A stretch of 64,000 nucleotides of DNA from the human T2T-CHM13v2.0 reference genome, Homo sapiens (GCF_009914755.1 NC_060936.1); one strand, 5' to 3'. Shown: positions 18,794-33,037, counted from the first letter of the stretch. Numbers and translations: made by a program. The notes: generated by a model not told the origin, from the sequence alone.

Positions 18794-19095
18794 TTTTTTT
18801 TTTTTTATTTTGAGACAGTCTTGCTCTCACCCAGGCTAGAGTGCAGTGGCGTGACCTTGGCTCTCTGCAGCCTCCACCTCCCGGGTTCAAACGATTCTCA
18901 TGCCTCAGCTTCCTGAGTAGTTGGGAGTACAGGCCCGCGCCACCACGCCTGGCTAATTTTTTTTTTTTTTTTTGCATTTTTAGTAGAGACAGGTTTTGCC
19001 ATGTTGGCCAGGCTGGTCTCAAACTCCTGACCTCAAAGGATTCACCTGCCTCCCACAGTGCTGGGATTACAGGCGTGAGTCACCACGCCCAGGAC
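18794..19095 (-). mobile_element. Alu (AluS-like) inserted in a MER5-like hAT remnant (~18750-19220)
   Basis: TSD aagatgcagattct (18780-18793) / aagatgcagactct (19096-19109); flank ends in MER5-like ttttgagaatcactg. Confidence 0.9.
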
Positions 19096-19749
19096 AAGAT
19101 GCAGACTCTTGATCCCCACCCCATAGGTTCAGTTTCAGTGCGTTTGTGGAGAGTCCAGGAATTTGCATCTCAGGTGAGTCTGATGTAGACAGTTCGCCCA
19201 CCACATTTTGAGAATCACTGATGCCAGGGGGTTTTGGGTGAGGAGAGGCTGTCTAACTCCCTTTCTGTTGCTTTTCCTGATCCTTCTCTGTCCTTCTTTA
19301 CATGAGAAGGAGTTGCTTTCCTGATTGGCTGAATTCTAGGACATAAACTGAACCATATTTACAAATGGATATTGTCATTGTGTTTTAAATGTCAAGTACT
19401 TGTATGTCTCCCCTCTTTTCTGCTTCTTGCTGCCACTGTGATGTGGTATCACTAGGCTGAGACAAGGTCCCTTGGTGTCTGCTAACTACCTCATCCTTGT
19501 CTTTTGCTTTTTTTTTTTTGAATGCTTTTTTAAATGGCCTCATGAAAACTCTGGTCCCTAGATCATATGGTGATAAGAACCAAGAGTTTCAGTTGGGAGG
19601 TAGAGGCTCCTGTAGATACTTAGACTAAGTTGCAAGCTGTCCTTATTGTTACCAGAATTCCACATTGATTATAGCAAGCATTGGTCCTGAAAAATGAAGT
19701 TGTATCTTGTTTTCATTTGATCTTATTTCTTAAGTGCATAGGATCTTCA

Positions 19750-19980
19750 GTGTTAATAACTAACATTTATTGAGTGCCTGCTATTTGGCCAACAGTGAAT
19801 ATTTTGCATGAGTACTTTGCATGAATTAACTTACTTAATCTTCCTAACAAGCTGTAAGAAAGTATCATTATTATTCCTTTTAGTCCAGATGGAAAAAATT
19901 GCCCAAAGTTTTTTTGCTGGTGAGTGATGGAGCAAGAGTTTGAACCTACACCTCCTGACTCTTGAGCCCACTCTACTGTA
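19750..19980 (-). mobile_element. MIR remnant
   Basis: aataactaacatttattgagtgcctgcta...ttaatcttcctaacaa...ttgcccaaag..gagtttgaacc. Confidence 0.7.
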
Positions 19981-21871
19981 ACTCATTATACTTTATCTTC
20001 TTAGGAACTCCCTGTGGGAGAAGATGGCTGGGTCTGGGTAGAATGTCAGTATTCTTGGGTCCCCTGACATACACTATCTTATTATAATCAAAACTCTGCC
20101 TAGAACCCCTAGCAGAGTCCAATTCTCTGGCAAACACACACAGGAAAGAAAAGTCATTATCTGGATAATTAGAACCAAAACTCTACTTCAAGTTGCATTA
20201 TCTCGATAATTTTTTCAGTAGTTTTCCAACTCTCTCCTGAATGAGAATTTAACTCATCGACTCCTTGTAGCTGCAATTTCTACAACCTCATTGGTTCTGG
20301 GATCAACAAATACTGAAAGTTTAGCAGTTACATTTTCTCTGAGCCAGTTGCAAGAATAGGGCTGGTATTCTCTATCTTAGAACAAACCATTAATCAGAAA
20401 GAAAGGTCACACCATAAATCGACATCAATTAGGTATGATCATCCCCGAATGGCTTTGCCCTGCCAAAAGTGTTCTTGGCTTTATAACATTGGTCGACGCT
20501 GGCCCAAGTCCAGTGGTTTCTAGTTTTTCTTTATGGAGGTGAATAGACTAAACTCAGCACTTTCTCAGTCTCTCAAATAAGTGCACTGACATCATTTGCA
20601 AGTTAAAAGAATCCACATATCAGGCCAAATTCCACCCTGGGTTCTACATCCGCTGCCCCTCCTAAAATCAACCCCCAAGAGTATGGTTAAGTAAGGGTAG
20701 AACTTGGCTGAAAGCTTGTTATTTTTGCAGTTTTAATTACACATACCTCACCCATTTGCCCAAATTAGGAGAGAAGATTTGCTGAGGGAATCTCTGCCTA
20801 TTGGCTTGCTTCGATGTGTGGTTCTTCTAATACCTAACTTGGGAATTTCAAGAAAATAGTCAAGAATTGACATTCTACATTTTTAGGGCTGAAAAGAACT
20901 TGGAAATAGATCATCTATTCTGAACCCCATAGTATCATATACCAAAAAACAAAAACAAAACAAACAAAACCCTCAGATTCAGAGAAGAAATATGCTCAAG
21001 GTCATGCTGAAAGGTATGGTGAGCCAGGCAAAAAAAGAAAAGAAAAGGAATCGGTCTCCTTCGTTTAGTGTGCTTTCCACACACCCCACTGGAAAGGGCT
21101 GTTTATCACAAAGATTTGCTCCTGCTATATTCAGTTGAGGAAGGACGTAGGTTTTAGAGCCAGGAAGACATAGGATTGAATCCAAGTCCAGCTATTTTCT
21201 AGTTGTGTGTGCCTAGTTTCTTGACTTTTGTGGGTCTTAGTTTTCTTAATTGTAAAATGTGGAAGACTAATATATACTTTTTAAGGATGTTGTGACAATT
21301 AAATTAAAAAGGATGTTGTTCCCAAGGCAAGAGGGACATAGTAGGTGTTGTTGATAAATCTTGGCCCTCTTCTCTTTAGGATTATTGGGTTGCAAATGAT
21401 AGACACTCAGACTGGTTTGAGCATAAAATGAAATTTGTTAGGGTTTGTAAATGACTTTGGGTAGATAGTGTTAGTCCATTCATGAGGGTGGAACCCTCAT
21501 GATCTTAGCACCTCTGAAAGGCCCCACCTCTTAATACTATTACAATGGCAACTAAATTTCAACATGAACCTTGGAGGGGACTAACATTCAAACGATAGCA
21601 CCTGTCAAGGACATTCTATTGTTTTATGGAGAACTAACTCTCCCCCATTCTCATGGGCCTAAATGGTAGCATTAGAAATCACAACATTTCTCTGCATTGG
21701 TGACATTCTCAGGCCAGCTCCCTCTTGATGTGACAAGATGGCTGTCAGCAGCTCCAGCCTTCCCTCTTATAAGGTTCCATTCCAGAAAAAAAAAAATGCT
21801 TCTTTTCTACTCTTCTCACTGATGGTGTCAGGATTAAGCCATATTGGCCTAGCTCTGATGAAACAAAATGA

Positions 21872-22169
21872 GGCTGGCCATGGTGGCTCACAACTGTAAT
21901 CCCAAAATTTGGGAGGCCAAGGCAGGCAGATCACTTGAGGTCAGGAATTCGAGACCACCCTGGCCAACATGGTGAGACCCTGTTTCTACTAAAAATATAA
22001 AAATTAGCCAGGTGTGGTAGGGCATGCCTCTAATCCCAGCTCCTCAGGAGGCTGAGGTGGGAGGATCGCTTGAACCTGGGAGGCGGAGGTTGCAGTAAGC
22101 CAAGATCATACCACTATACTCCAGCCTGGGTGACAGAGTGAGACTCCATCTCAAAAACAAAAGAAAAAA
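21872..22169 (+). mobile_element. Alu (AluS/J)
   Basis: Full Alu; TSD gaaacaaaatga at 21860-21871 and 22170-22181. Confidence 0.95.
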
Positions 22170-22376
22170 GAAACAAAATGAAACAAATCAGGTACAGAAT
22201 AAGTCACTGTGCCACGTGGTTAAATAATAAGTCAAAAGGTCAGGTTCTGGCCACATGCCCACTTCTGCATCTTGGGGATGTTGGTGACAAAGGATGGGGT
22301 AACCTTCCAGGAACATATAAATTGAGAGTGGGGGAGGGTTAGTTCTCCATGAAACAATTAGAATGTTCTTGACAGG

Positions 22377-22761
22377 TGCTCTGATTTGAATGTTTGTCCC
22401 CTGCAAAACTCGTGTTGAAATTTAGTTGCCATTATAACAGTATTAAGAGGTGGGACCTTTAAGAGGTGTTAAGGTCATGAGGGTTCTGCCTTCATTAGTG
22501 GACTAACACTGTTACCTCAGAAGTGGGCTCAGGAGTGTGTTTGTTATCGTGGGAGTAGGTTTGTCCCTTCCTGCTCTTTCTCTCTTGCCTTTTCTTTGCC
22601 CTTCCGCCATGTTATGATGCAGCAAGAAGGCCCTTGCCAGATTCTGGCACCTTGATATTGGACTTCCCAGCCTCCAGAACTGCGAGCCAATCTATTGCTG
22701 TTTATTATAGATTACCCAGTTTGTGGTATTCTGTTGTAACAGCACAAAACAGACTAAGACA
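22377..22761 (+). mobile_element. MST-family MaLR solo LTR
   Basis: tgct..tttgaatgtttgtcccct..aaaactc..gttgaaattt through cacaaaacagactaagaca. Confidence 0.85.
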
Positions 22762-24089
22762 ATATGATAAAAGTAAGTGGACACTAGAGAAGCAAAAACA
22801 AAGTTCACTTTCCTCCTCCTTGTCCTGGGTTTGTTCACACTCAGGAGGCTGTTTGTTCTCTCAGAATTACTTTACATTTCATCTGTGCAGAGGTGATAGT
22901 GAAGTTATTGCCTCTTGGGCTAAGTTATAAGACTTCCATGGTTAAGAAAGACATGTTCAAAAAAAGTATTTTTTTTCTCACTCGGCTATGCTTTATCTCT
23001 CCTTATAATGAAAACAGCCAGCTATATTAAAAGAGGCAAAAAAAAAAATACTTGCAAACTGGTATACAAAACGCAACCTACTATCAAATGAGTGAAGTCA
23101 CACTCTGTAGTAGTATGTTTTCCTTAGATAGTTGCCATGTTGCATGTTAAAACAAAAATATTTATTAAACATTTACTATGTGATAGGCACTGTGATTGAG
23201 TGAAGTGCTAAGAACACAAGTACTTTTAAATATTTTTGACAAGAATCTATCTTAACAATTCAGTAATGGCAAAAGCATTGATATAGACCCAGGTATATTT
23301 TTACCATCCTTCTAGGCAATATAGGAAGTAAAATTTTAAAATCCAGAAGAAGATAGTAATCAAGGGTGTAAGTCTTTTAAGAGAGATAGGTAGGTGTTCA
23401 AAACTTGGCTTCATCACAGATCTACTGCATCACCTTGAGGAACTTGCCCTTGAACTCAGGTTCTTCTTCTGTTAAATGAGCATAAGAATTGCACTCATTT
23501 TCCAGGGTAACTGTGAAGATTAAAGGTCACAATGTATTTTAAGTCACTTGACACATTGTGCAAGTCATAAGGTAGATTACAAAATGGTAGGTGGTATGAA
23601 ATTTTTTGCCTTGATTTCCTGCCAACGATCCCCCCAGCCCCAGCATGCACATGTGTATACACTTCCCCCACCCCCACAACCCGCAGCACACACACATGAA
23701 TCATAGGCTTACATAGGAGAGCTGGGTTCATGAAAAAAGATGAGCAAAAAAGGTCATACATCTTTCTTCACTGATGTAATAAGAGCAAGGGCTAAGTATA
23801 TATGCTATGCCAGAACCTGAAAATATTTTGTAACCTATAGTTGTTATAGTTTATTTTGCTTTCAGTGCCTTTAGCCAAAAGTTCCACTATGGAATACATG
23901 TCCAAGAACATGCAAAATGTGAGCTGTTAAGGATACATGAGAAACTAGGCAGGCAGAACATTTGGGTCTCTGCATGGCTCATAGCTCTGACTCTCATACA
24001 GAAAGTAGCCTGATTGCATTGAGGCCAACCCAAGTACTAATTGTGTGACAAAGAAAGGTAAAAGAAGATCATTGAAGTAGCAATGAGAG

Positions 24090-25330
24090 GACTTTTACCT
24101 TTGGTCATAATGGACTAAGAGGTACTGGATTTAGCCTATCATGTTAAGCAACTAAAAACCAGATAAAATTGTGAAACAATGGTAGTGCATGACATTGGAC
24201 AGCAAGCAACTCAGGACAGTGATCTCTGAGAGAAGAGAAATTAATGATTTTCCTAAATTACTGCCTGGAAAAAGATTTCACGGGGAAGCATAGGGAGTAG
24301 AAGCTGACACAGAGCCCAGGAGTCTTCTTGAGTTGAGAAATGAGAGTTTGGAATTCAGGGAGAACAAGGCAGATGGAATTCTTGGGGCAGAGAGTACTGG
24401 AGATGAGATGGGAGTTGGTGAGAGAATAAGTGCACTTTGGGGATCAGAAGAGGGTTTCCCTCTAGTCTTAGGTGCTCTGAGCATGTGTGTGAAGAAAGTA
24501 TAGAGACAGAGAAAAGAACCACTAGAAAGGCATGTGGAATAATTCTTGTAGCACACAGGAGGCCTGAGATCTGGGAATAGTTCATGTTTCCACCAAGCAG
24601 AGTGGAAAGACCTCTAAACATGTAGAGCATCATGTAAAGTCATCAGAAGAGTATTGCTTTAGTATTTGGGGCCAAATAACTCCAGACAACAGGCTCTTCT
24701 GGTTCTGCCTGAAAACCTTAAAACTAATCCTTGAGAAAATAGAACTGTTTCCAAGTAACTTAACTGCATCTCAGAAAAAGCCCCAAATTATTTAAAGGCA
24801 TACCAAAAAAAGAAATCTATCATTCAACGATGTAAAATTCACAATGTCTAGTGTCCAATTAAAAAAACCAGGCATACAAAGAAGCAAGAAAGTATGACCC
24901 ATAATGAGGAAAAAAATCAATTTATAGAAGATAATCCAAAAATGATACTGATGATACAATTAGTAGACAAAGATGTTAAAACTGCTATTATAAATACATT
25001 CCATATGATGGAGAAAGTAGAGAAAAATGAGCATGATAAAAACAATACTGTAAGATATAAACAAGACCCCAATCCAATGTACAGACATGAAAAATAAAAT
25101 ACCTGAAATGAAAAATACACTAGCTGAGATTAACAGCCTGTTGGACATTGCAGAAGAAAGTATTAATGAAGTGGAAGACACAGCAATAGAAGTTATCACA
25201 AATAAAACAACAGAGAGATAAAAGAAAATGAACCAGCACCAGTGAGCTATGGAACAATATCAAATGACCTAATATACATGTATGTGGAGCACTATGGAAA
25301 GAGAAAGGAGATAGAGAGACAGAAAACCAC
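24090..25330 (+). mobile_element. Ancient L1M 5' end / ORF1-start remnant
   Basis: gtaaaattcacaatgtct..atgacccataatgaggaaaaaaatcaa..gaaatgaaaaatacact..ttggacattgcagaagaaag; ORF 24894-25097 resembles old ORF1 N-terminus. Confidence 0.7.
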
Positions 25331-25624
25331 CACCACCACCAACAACAACAAAGCCCCAGCAGTAATAAGAATAAGATTTTGAGGAGGTCAGGGATTCAGG
25401 AAAGCCTAAGTGGTTCCATCTTGGGGACCCATGCGAATGCAGTCTGACAGTGGTAGAATCTGAAACAATGGAGGACTAGGACAGCTGGGGGCTAGCCAAA
25501 CGACTCTCTTTTCTGGTAGTCTCAGATTCGTTTTATGTGATCTCTTGGCATGCACTACTTTGGGCTTCCTTACAGTATGGTGACCTCAGGACACTCAAAT
25601 TGCTTACATGGTAGCTGAGGCTTT

Positions 25625-26052
25625 TGTGGTAGATATGGAGATGTGCTTCTCAGAACCCCTTTTAAGAAAGGATTTGTTGCTCAACTGCATGAAGTCCAGT
25701 CAGCAGATAGCTTCTAGTCATCTGCTCCCTCAAGGCCTGCCTTAACTACAAAGACATGCCTCACTTGACATCACGGTCTTCCTGAGGCTTCCCATACCTG
25801 GTAATTGGACAAAGTAGGGATAAAAAGGCCTGGCCATTTTGGCCCATTTTGAGACAGTTATGGTTGGAAAATTTTCTCTAGAGATCTCTGATAGGTTGGT
25901 CAAGGCTTTGATGAATTTTGCACCCCCATTTAACTATCCCTTCTGACCAATTCTGTGTCCTCCCACTTCCTTTAACACGATTAATCCCCAATACAGATCT
26001 TGTTCTCCAAACATTGTCCCACTTTCTGCTTCAGGAGAACCCAACTGCCATA
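25625..26052 (+). mobile_element. LTR16-family (ERV-L class) 5' LTR
   Basis: tgtggtagatatggagatgtgc.. start; ends ctgcttcaggagaacccaactgccata and is followed by a decayed ERVL PBS-like gttgctactaaaagt. Confidence 0.65.
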
Positions 26053-26957
26053 GTTGCTACTAAAAGTCATCTTAGAAAACAACAGCTATGACAGGGTTTC
26101 AAAACCGAATCACTCACTAACTAGCTGGCAGTGAGTACCCCATCATCAGGAGTAGGTGGAGCAAAGATACCTCTTGGCATAGGGTGGGAGTCCAGTTGTT
26201 AAAACTTTTACTGGTAGTGAATTGGGGTAGGTGTCAGGTGCTTGAGATACATGGAGGAAGCATTCGCTATAAAGATAATGGTATTGGATGAGAATTGCTA
26301 AGTGCCACTGATTAGCTACAGAAAGATAATGAACAGTGAAGGACATGTAATAGGCAACTGAAATCCAGGAGTGAAAGCCAGATGACTCTTTGGTTGCAAA
26401 CAAAGAATTTCTCTTTTCCTGCATGGGAGGATGGAGAAAGCAGAAGACCAAACCAGAAATTGATAGTTACATAGCTGAACTTTAAAGACAGTTAAACACC
26501 CAACCAAGGTATACACTGACTGTTATGCCAGTCTGAGCCAATTTTGAGAGAAAACTAGGACCCTGACATAGGACGGGGAGACAACTGAGTGGATTCCTCT
26601 CAGGATTTGTACTTCCTGGACTTCTCTGAACCTTTTAAGCCTGCAGAAGCAGGTCATTACCTTGCCCTATTAAGAGCTAGCACCCCTGTGCCTCATTCTG
26701 GGACATGATACAGATGCATCTTCCTTGAAAGTCACCCCTCAGGATCTCTCTCTACCTCAATTTCTGGCTACTAGGCTTGTAAGTAGAGTTAAATGGAGTC
26801 AATCCCTCATCCAATTTTTAGAACTTATCCAGTTTCAGACCCAGAACACATTGACTGAAGGGGTGTCCGTGTACCCAAGAGGATAGGCCCTGCAACAACA
26901 TGAAGTGATAATGATTCATCACTTATTGCTTAAAGGCATTTGTGAGCCTTTAGTTGG

Positions 26958-27392
26958 TATATTAGTTTCCTAGCGCTGCTGGAACAAAGTACTACAAACT
27001 GGATGGCTTAAAACAACAGAAATTTATTATTTCATAGTTCTGGAGGCTAGAAGTCCAAAATTAAGTTGTTAGCAGGGCCATGCTCCCTTTGAATTCTACT
27101 TCTTTGCCTCTTCTAGCTTTGGTCGCCCCAGGTATTCTTCGGATTGTGGCAGCATTGCTCCAATTTCTTTCTCCATCTTCACGTAGCTGTCTTTCCTCTG
27201 TGTCTGTGCCCAATTTTTCCTCCTTATAAGGAGGGCTGTCACATCGGATTAAAGGTCCACTCTATTCCAGTGTGACCTCATCATAACTAATTACATCTGC
27301 AATGAACCTATTTCTAAATAAGGTCGTATTCTGAAGTACTGGGGGTAGGACTTCAATCTATCTTTTTGGGGAATACAGTTCAACCCATAACA
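26958..27392 (-). mobile_element. MLT1C-like MaLR LTR
   Basis: tattagtttccta..aaactggatggcttaaaacaacagaaattta..caacccataaca. Confidence 0.82.
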
Positions 27393-28534
27393 CTTGAATA
27401 ATTGTGCACTGGGGAGAGGGGGCCGCTAAGACATTGGTGGAGGATTGAACAGAGTGTCTGAACCCTTTGTGACCAAAAGATCATCACAGCCTCTGTGTTA
27501 GGGTTGGGCATACAGAGGCCAGGTCATAAATTGACCTGTTACATCCATGACATTATGTTGATTGGGCTGTAGGAGCAAGAGGTGGCTGAGCACCAGAGAC
27601 TTTGGTAAGATCCATGTGCTCCAGGAGGTGGTAGATAAACCCTGCTCAGCTCCACGGTCTGACACATCCATACAGTTTTTAGATATCCACTGTATTATAT
27701 ACGCTGGGGCATCCTTTTCAAAGTAAAAGACACATTGTTGCTCACTGAACCTCTTATTACAAAGAAGAGAGCACAAAGCCTAGTGAATCTCTTTGGGTTT
27801 TGGAGGCAGCATATTCTATACTTAGGGATGCTGCTCTGGTCTGTATACTGGCTGATGCCGAAGGCTTTGAATGGGCTGTGGGTAGAAGAAGGCTTCGCAG
27901 TAGGTCAAGGCTATGGTACGAGAATCCCTACCCTTGGGACCTATGATCCAGTAGACTCCATAGTTTTTTAAGTATCCATGGAGGGAAAAGTTACAATGTA
28001 GAATTTATACCAAACCCTACTGATGGAACTACAACACAGGTATCTGGGGTTATGGAGCAAGGCCATGCCATCTGCAGCAGATAATCATGTAGCTTTTGAA
28101 GAAACAACTCCTGGCATGCCACTCAACACTCACAGAAAAGAATGTTGGATCATATGGAATGCCAGGTGACCATGTGGCTTCAATTGTCTGTCATGAGTTG
28201 GGTCTTGTCAGATGTACCAAGTCATAATTGTGAATGAGCCTAGCAGTGATCCATCATAAGATGGAAGTTGTAAAGTCAAGGTAGAGCACAAAGAAGGGCA
28301 GATGGCATAAGCAAGTTGTAGGAACAGGTAGCCCAGACCCCCATGGTATGGACCACTGTTGTAACAATGTCCTTCTGTTACCTCAAGGCCATGGTTGGGT
28401 GGGGGAAGGCTTTAACCAGCTGAAGGAGGAGGGAAGAACCCAAGTTGAGTTATTAGTGAGATTGGCTCAGCAAGTGTGAAAAAGCAAAAGCGCATGTCGC
28501 TACACTATAGCGTCACTCAGGGGTGGCCTTAAAA

Positions 28535-29021
28535 CAGCGGTTCCCAACCTTTTTGGCACCAGTTTAATGGAAGACAGTTTTCCATTTTCTGATGGTTTGG
28601 GGATGATTTAAGTGCATAATATTTATTGTGCACTTTATTTCTATAATTATTACATTGGAATATATAATGAAATAATTATACAACTCACCATAATGTAGAA
28701 TCAGTGGGAACCGTGAACTTGTTTTTCTGCAACTAGATGGTCCCATTTCAGGGTGATGGGAGACAGTGATAGATCATCAGGCATTAGATTCTCATAAGGA
28801 GCATGCAACCTAGATCCCTCATATGTGCAGTTCACAATAGGATTCACTCTCCTATGAGAATCTAATACCACTGCTGATCTCACAGGAGGTGGGGCTCAGG
28901 CAGTCATACCAGTGATGGGGAGTACTTATAAATACAGATGCAGCTTCACTCACTTGCCCACCACTCACCCCTTGCTGTGCAGCCTAGTACTGGTCTGTGG
29001 CTCTGGGGCTGGGGACCCCTG
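28535..29021 (+). mobile_element. MER1A hAT-Charlie DNA transposon
   Basis: TIRs cagcggttcccaacc / ggctggggacccctg; perfect 8-bp TSD ccttaaaa at 28527-28534 and 29022-29029. Confidence 0.9.
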
Positions 29022-30202
29022 CCTTAAAAGACTGTGGAGAAAGGAGAAATTTCCCAATAGGCAGAGCTTTGTGGGGGGTAAATATGTTCATCCACTTTGT
29101 ATGGAAAGAGAAATGGCCAGAGGTTATAAAATAGATGAACTCATGGAGACTGGCAAGTTGCCTGGCTGGGTGGTCAGGAGCCTGAAGGGAAAACAATTGA
29201 AAGATTGGGGACAAGGAGGCCTGGCATAGAGGCATATGGAAGAAAACATGGAGGTGGCCATGAAGTGTGAAGGTCTTTGTGTCACAGATTAACATCACTA
29301 GAAAACATTCCCCATGGAAGAAAGTAAATAGCCAGGTAGACAAAATGGCCTGGCAAAGCCCCATGTGGAGCTGGTTTTTGAGGGGACAAACTGATCATGT
29401 GGTGGCAAGCTGAGTACGCTGGATTGGCCCCCTCTATTGTGGAAGGACCACTGGTTTTTTCTAATAGAAATGGATGTGTATTCTTGGTATGAGTTTGTCT
29501 TTCCACCTGGCAAGGCCTTACTCATCACCACTATCTAGGTTTAAGCACAGATTTTGATCCACCAGCTGGCAGTCCCTCAAGCCCAGGGGATCTACTTTAC
29601 AGCAGAAGAGATATAGTGGTAGGCCGCTGACCACACATACCCATCACAGGGAAGCTGTTAGCTTAGTTGAGCACTGGGACCACCTGCTGAAAGGAGAGCT
29701 AAAAGGCCAGCCAAGAGGCAATTCTCAGTGAAGATGTGGTCCATCCTCCTGGATGCAGCACACTCTTTGACTCAATGAACTTTATATATCACTGCCTTCC
29801 AAACAGGAAGGATAAATGGGAACCATGGGAAGACCATGAGTGTTCCCACTTACCATTACATCCAACAACCCACTGGGGGACTTTGTGCTTCTTACCTCTC
29901 TAGCTTTGGGTTTTTCAGGGTTGAAGATTATAGTTCCAAAAAGGGTGGACTTTCACTAGAGAATAGAGCAAGAGGCCCACTGAATTATTAGTTATGGCTT
30001 CTCACCTGGGCACTTTGAGCTTCTTGAGTATGGGTTCCCGCAAGTGAAAAGAGAGGTCACTGTTTTGCAAGGCTATTGACTGTAATCATTAGGAGAAGGT
30101 AGGGCTGCTGTTAAATAATAGGGATGGGAAGGAATACATGGAGAACTCAGAAGTTCAATGTGGGTGTCTCTCGGTCCTCTGTTGCACAATTGTAACTATA
30201 AA

Positions 30203-31082
30203 TAGGGCTGGCTTCAGGAGCTTGTGGCCAGTGCAGTTACATGGGACCCCATGCTTGAAAGGGCCTCAAACTTGGTTTAATGTTCTACTGTAGCCATCTT
30301 GAAATTCTTAGGTTTTCTTTTTTTTTCTTTTTTTTCCAGGGAGTTCAGCTATGGTCTGAATGTTTGTGTCTCTCAAAAATTCATATGTTGAAATTCTAAT
30401 CCCCAAGGTGAAGGTATTAAGAAATAGGTCTTTGGGAGGTGATTAGGTCATGAGGGCAAATTCCTTGTGAATGTCATTAGTGCCCTGATAAAAAAAGGTC
30501 TGAAAGAGCTTCCTCATCCCTGCCGTGTGAGTTACAGTGAAAAGGTGGCCATTTATGAACCAGGAAGCAGGCCCTCATCAGACACCAAAACTGTTGGATG
30601 GTTTAGATGTTTGTCTCTTCCAAAACTCATGCTGAAATTTAGTTGCCATTATAACAATATTCAAAGTGTGATTGGGCCATGAGGGCAGAACCCTCGTGGG
30701 TGGGATCATGGCCATTATAAAGGATGAGTTTTGCCCTCTTGTGTCTCTTGGACCTTCTGCTGTAGGATGACATAGCAAGAAATCCCTTGCCAGATGCGGG
30801 CATCTTGATGGTAGACTTCCTAGTCTTCAGAATGGTGAGCTAATAAATTTCTGTTTATTATAAATTACCCAGTCCACGGTATTCTGTTGTAGCAGCACAA
30901 AACAGACTAAGATGCACCTTAATCTTGGGCTTCTCAGCCTCCAGAACTGTAAAAAATACATTTCTGGTGTTAGTAATCCACCCAGTTTATGGTATTTTGT
31001 TATAGCATCCCTCCCTAGTGGACTAAGATAGACCCATCTTTTTATTTTTCACTGAGCCCTTCAAGTTGTGTAGCTGGTCCTG
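30203..31082 (+). mobile_element. MER45A-like hAT element, split by MLT1A0 (~30348-31030), itself split by an MST LTR (~30597-30913)
   Basis: Ends tagggctggcttca.. and ..tgtagctggtcctg; the MLT1A0 halves join at cagacaccaaaac|caccttaatcttgg. Confidence 0.72.
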
Positions 31083-31760
31083 AATGGTAAATTGATGTTA
31101 CAACAACTCAGGCCTGAAAGGGGCATAGTGACTAGGGCTAAGGAAGCCTTGGGAAGGAGTATCTAGGTCATGACACCACTAACATACCACAGCCAGAAAA
31201 GGTAGTGGTGAGGATGAGGGGAATTTAGAAAGGTGGTAGAGGAGGACAAAACTTCTCAAGGTGATGGTAGGGCTCTAATTTCAGCCCAAGTTGTTTGAAA
31301 GTCTATGTTAATCATCTTGGCGCTGCCTGTTTAGTTAGTTTCCTGATTTTTCCCCAAGTTTCACTGAGGTATAATTGACATAATACAACAAACTGCATAT
31401 TATTCAAGGGAACAAAGAAAAAAATAAACAAACCCATAGCTACATAAGTTTCCTTGTCCCTCTTTGTAGGCCCTCCACACTCATCCCCCCTTTCCCAAGC
31501 AATCACTGATCTGTTTTCTGCCATTATACATTAGTTCACATTGTTTCAAATTTTATATAAATGAAATCATACAGTATATACTCCTGTTGTCTGTTTTCTT
31601 TCACTCAGTATAATTAATTCATGTTGGAGGGTGTGTCAGTAGTTCCTTCATTTTTATTGCTAAGTAGTACATTCCATTGTATGGCTATACCAATATTCAC
31701 TTATCTGTTCACCTGTTGATGAACATTTTAAGTTGTTCCCAGTTTTTGGATATTACAAAT

Positions 31761-32518
<758 letters not shown>

Positions 32519-33037
32519 TTAAGAAATTGCCAAGCTGTTTTCTAAAGTGGCTTAAAATGCACTAACATGTCATTTCTTTGCTCATGCTGCATGTTTATTA
32601 TGGCTTGAAGGGAGGCTCTGCCCAAGGACCTAGCTAATAGAGCAACTACCATTTTAAACATTCCTAGTTGCCATGACAGAGTTCTGCCTTTTCCAGAATG
32701 TCATAGAGTTGGACTCGTACAGCATGTAGACTTTCCGGATTGGCTTCTTTCAGTTAGTAATATACATCTAAATTTTATCCATGTCTTTTCATGGCTTGAT
32801 AGCTCATTTCTTTTCAGTGTTGAATAACATTCCATTGTCTGGATGGATGACAGTTTATCCATTCACCCACTGAAGACATCTTGGTTGCTTCTGGGTTTTG
32901 ACAATTATGAATAAAGCAAATATAAACATACCTGTGCATGTTTTTGTGTGGACATAATTTTTTTATTCATTTAGGTAAATATCAAAGAGATAATTTCTGG
33001 GTTGTATAGTGAGAGTGTAGTTAGTTTTGGAAGAAAC

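Larger units (their letters stand above)
21375..22810 (-). mobile_element. Old MLT1-type MaLR LTR hosting an Alu, an MST LTR and an inverted duplication
   Basis: ggttgcaaatgatagacactcagactgg start; caagatggctgtcagcagctccag; ggccacatgcccac. Confidence 0.55.
26053..31310 (+). mobile_element. Highly decayed ERV-L-class internal region (HERV16/ERV3-16-like), gag-pol remnants
   Basis: ORF 27735-27971 KKRAQSLVNLFGFWRQHI parallels the HERV-L pol at ~59135-59190; tggagcaaggccatgccatctgcagcagataa (~28053) parallels ~59410; RNaseH/IN/dUTPase-like remnants to ~30150. No 3' LTR recognised. Confidence 0.75.
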
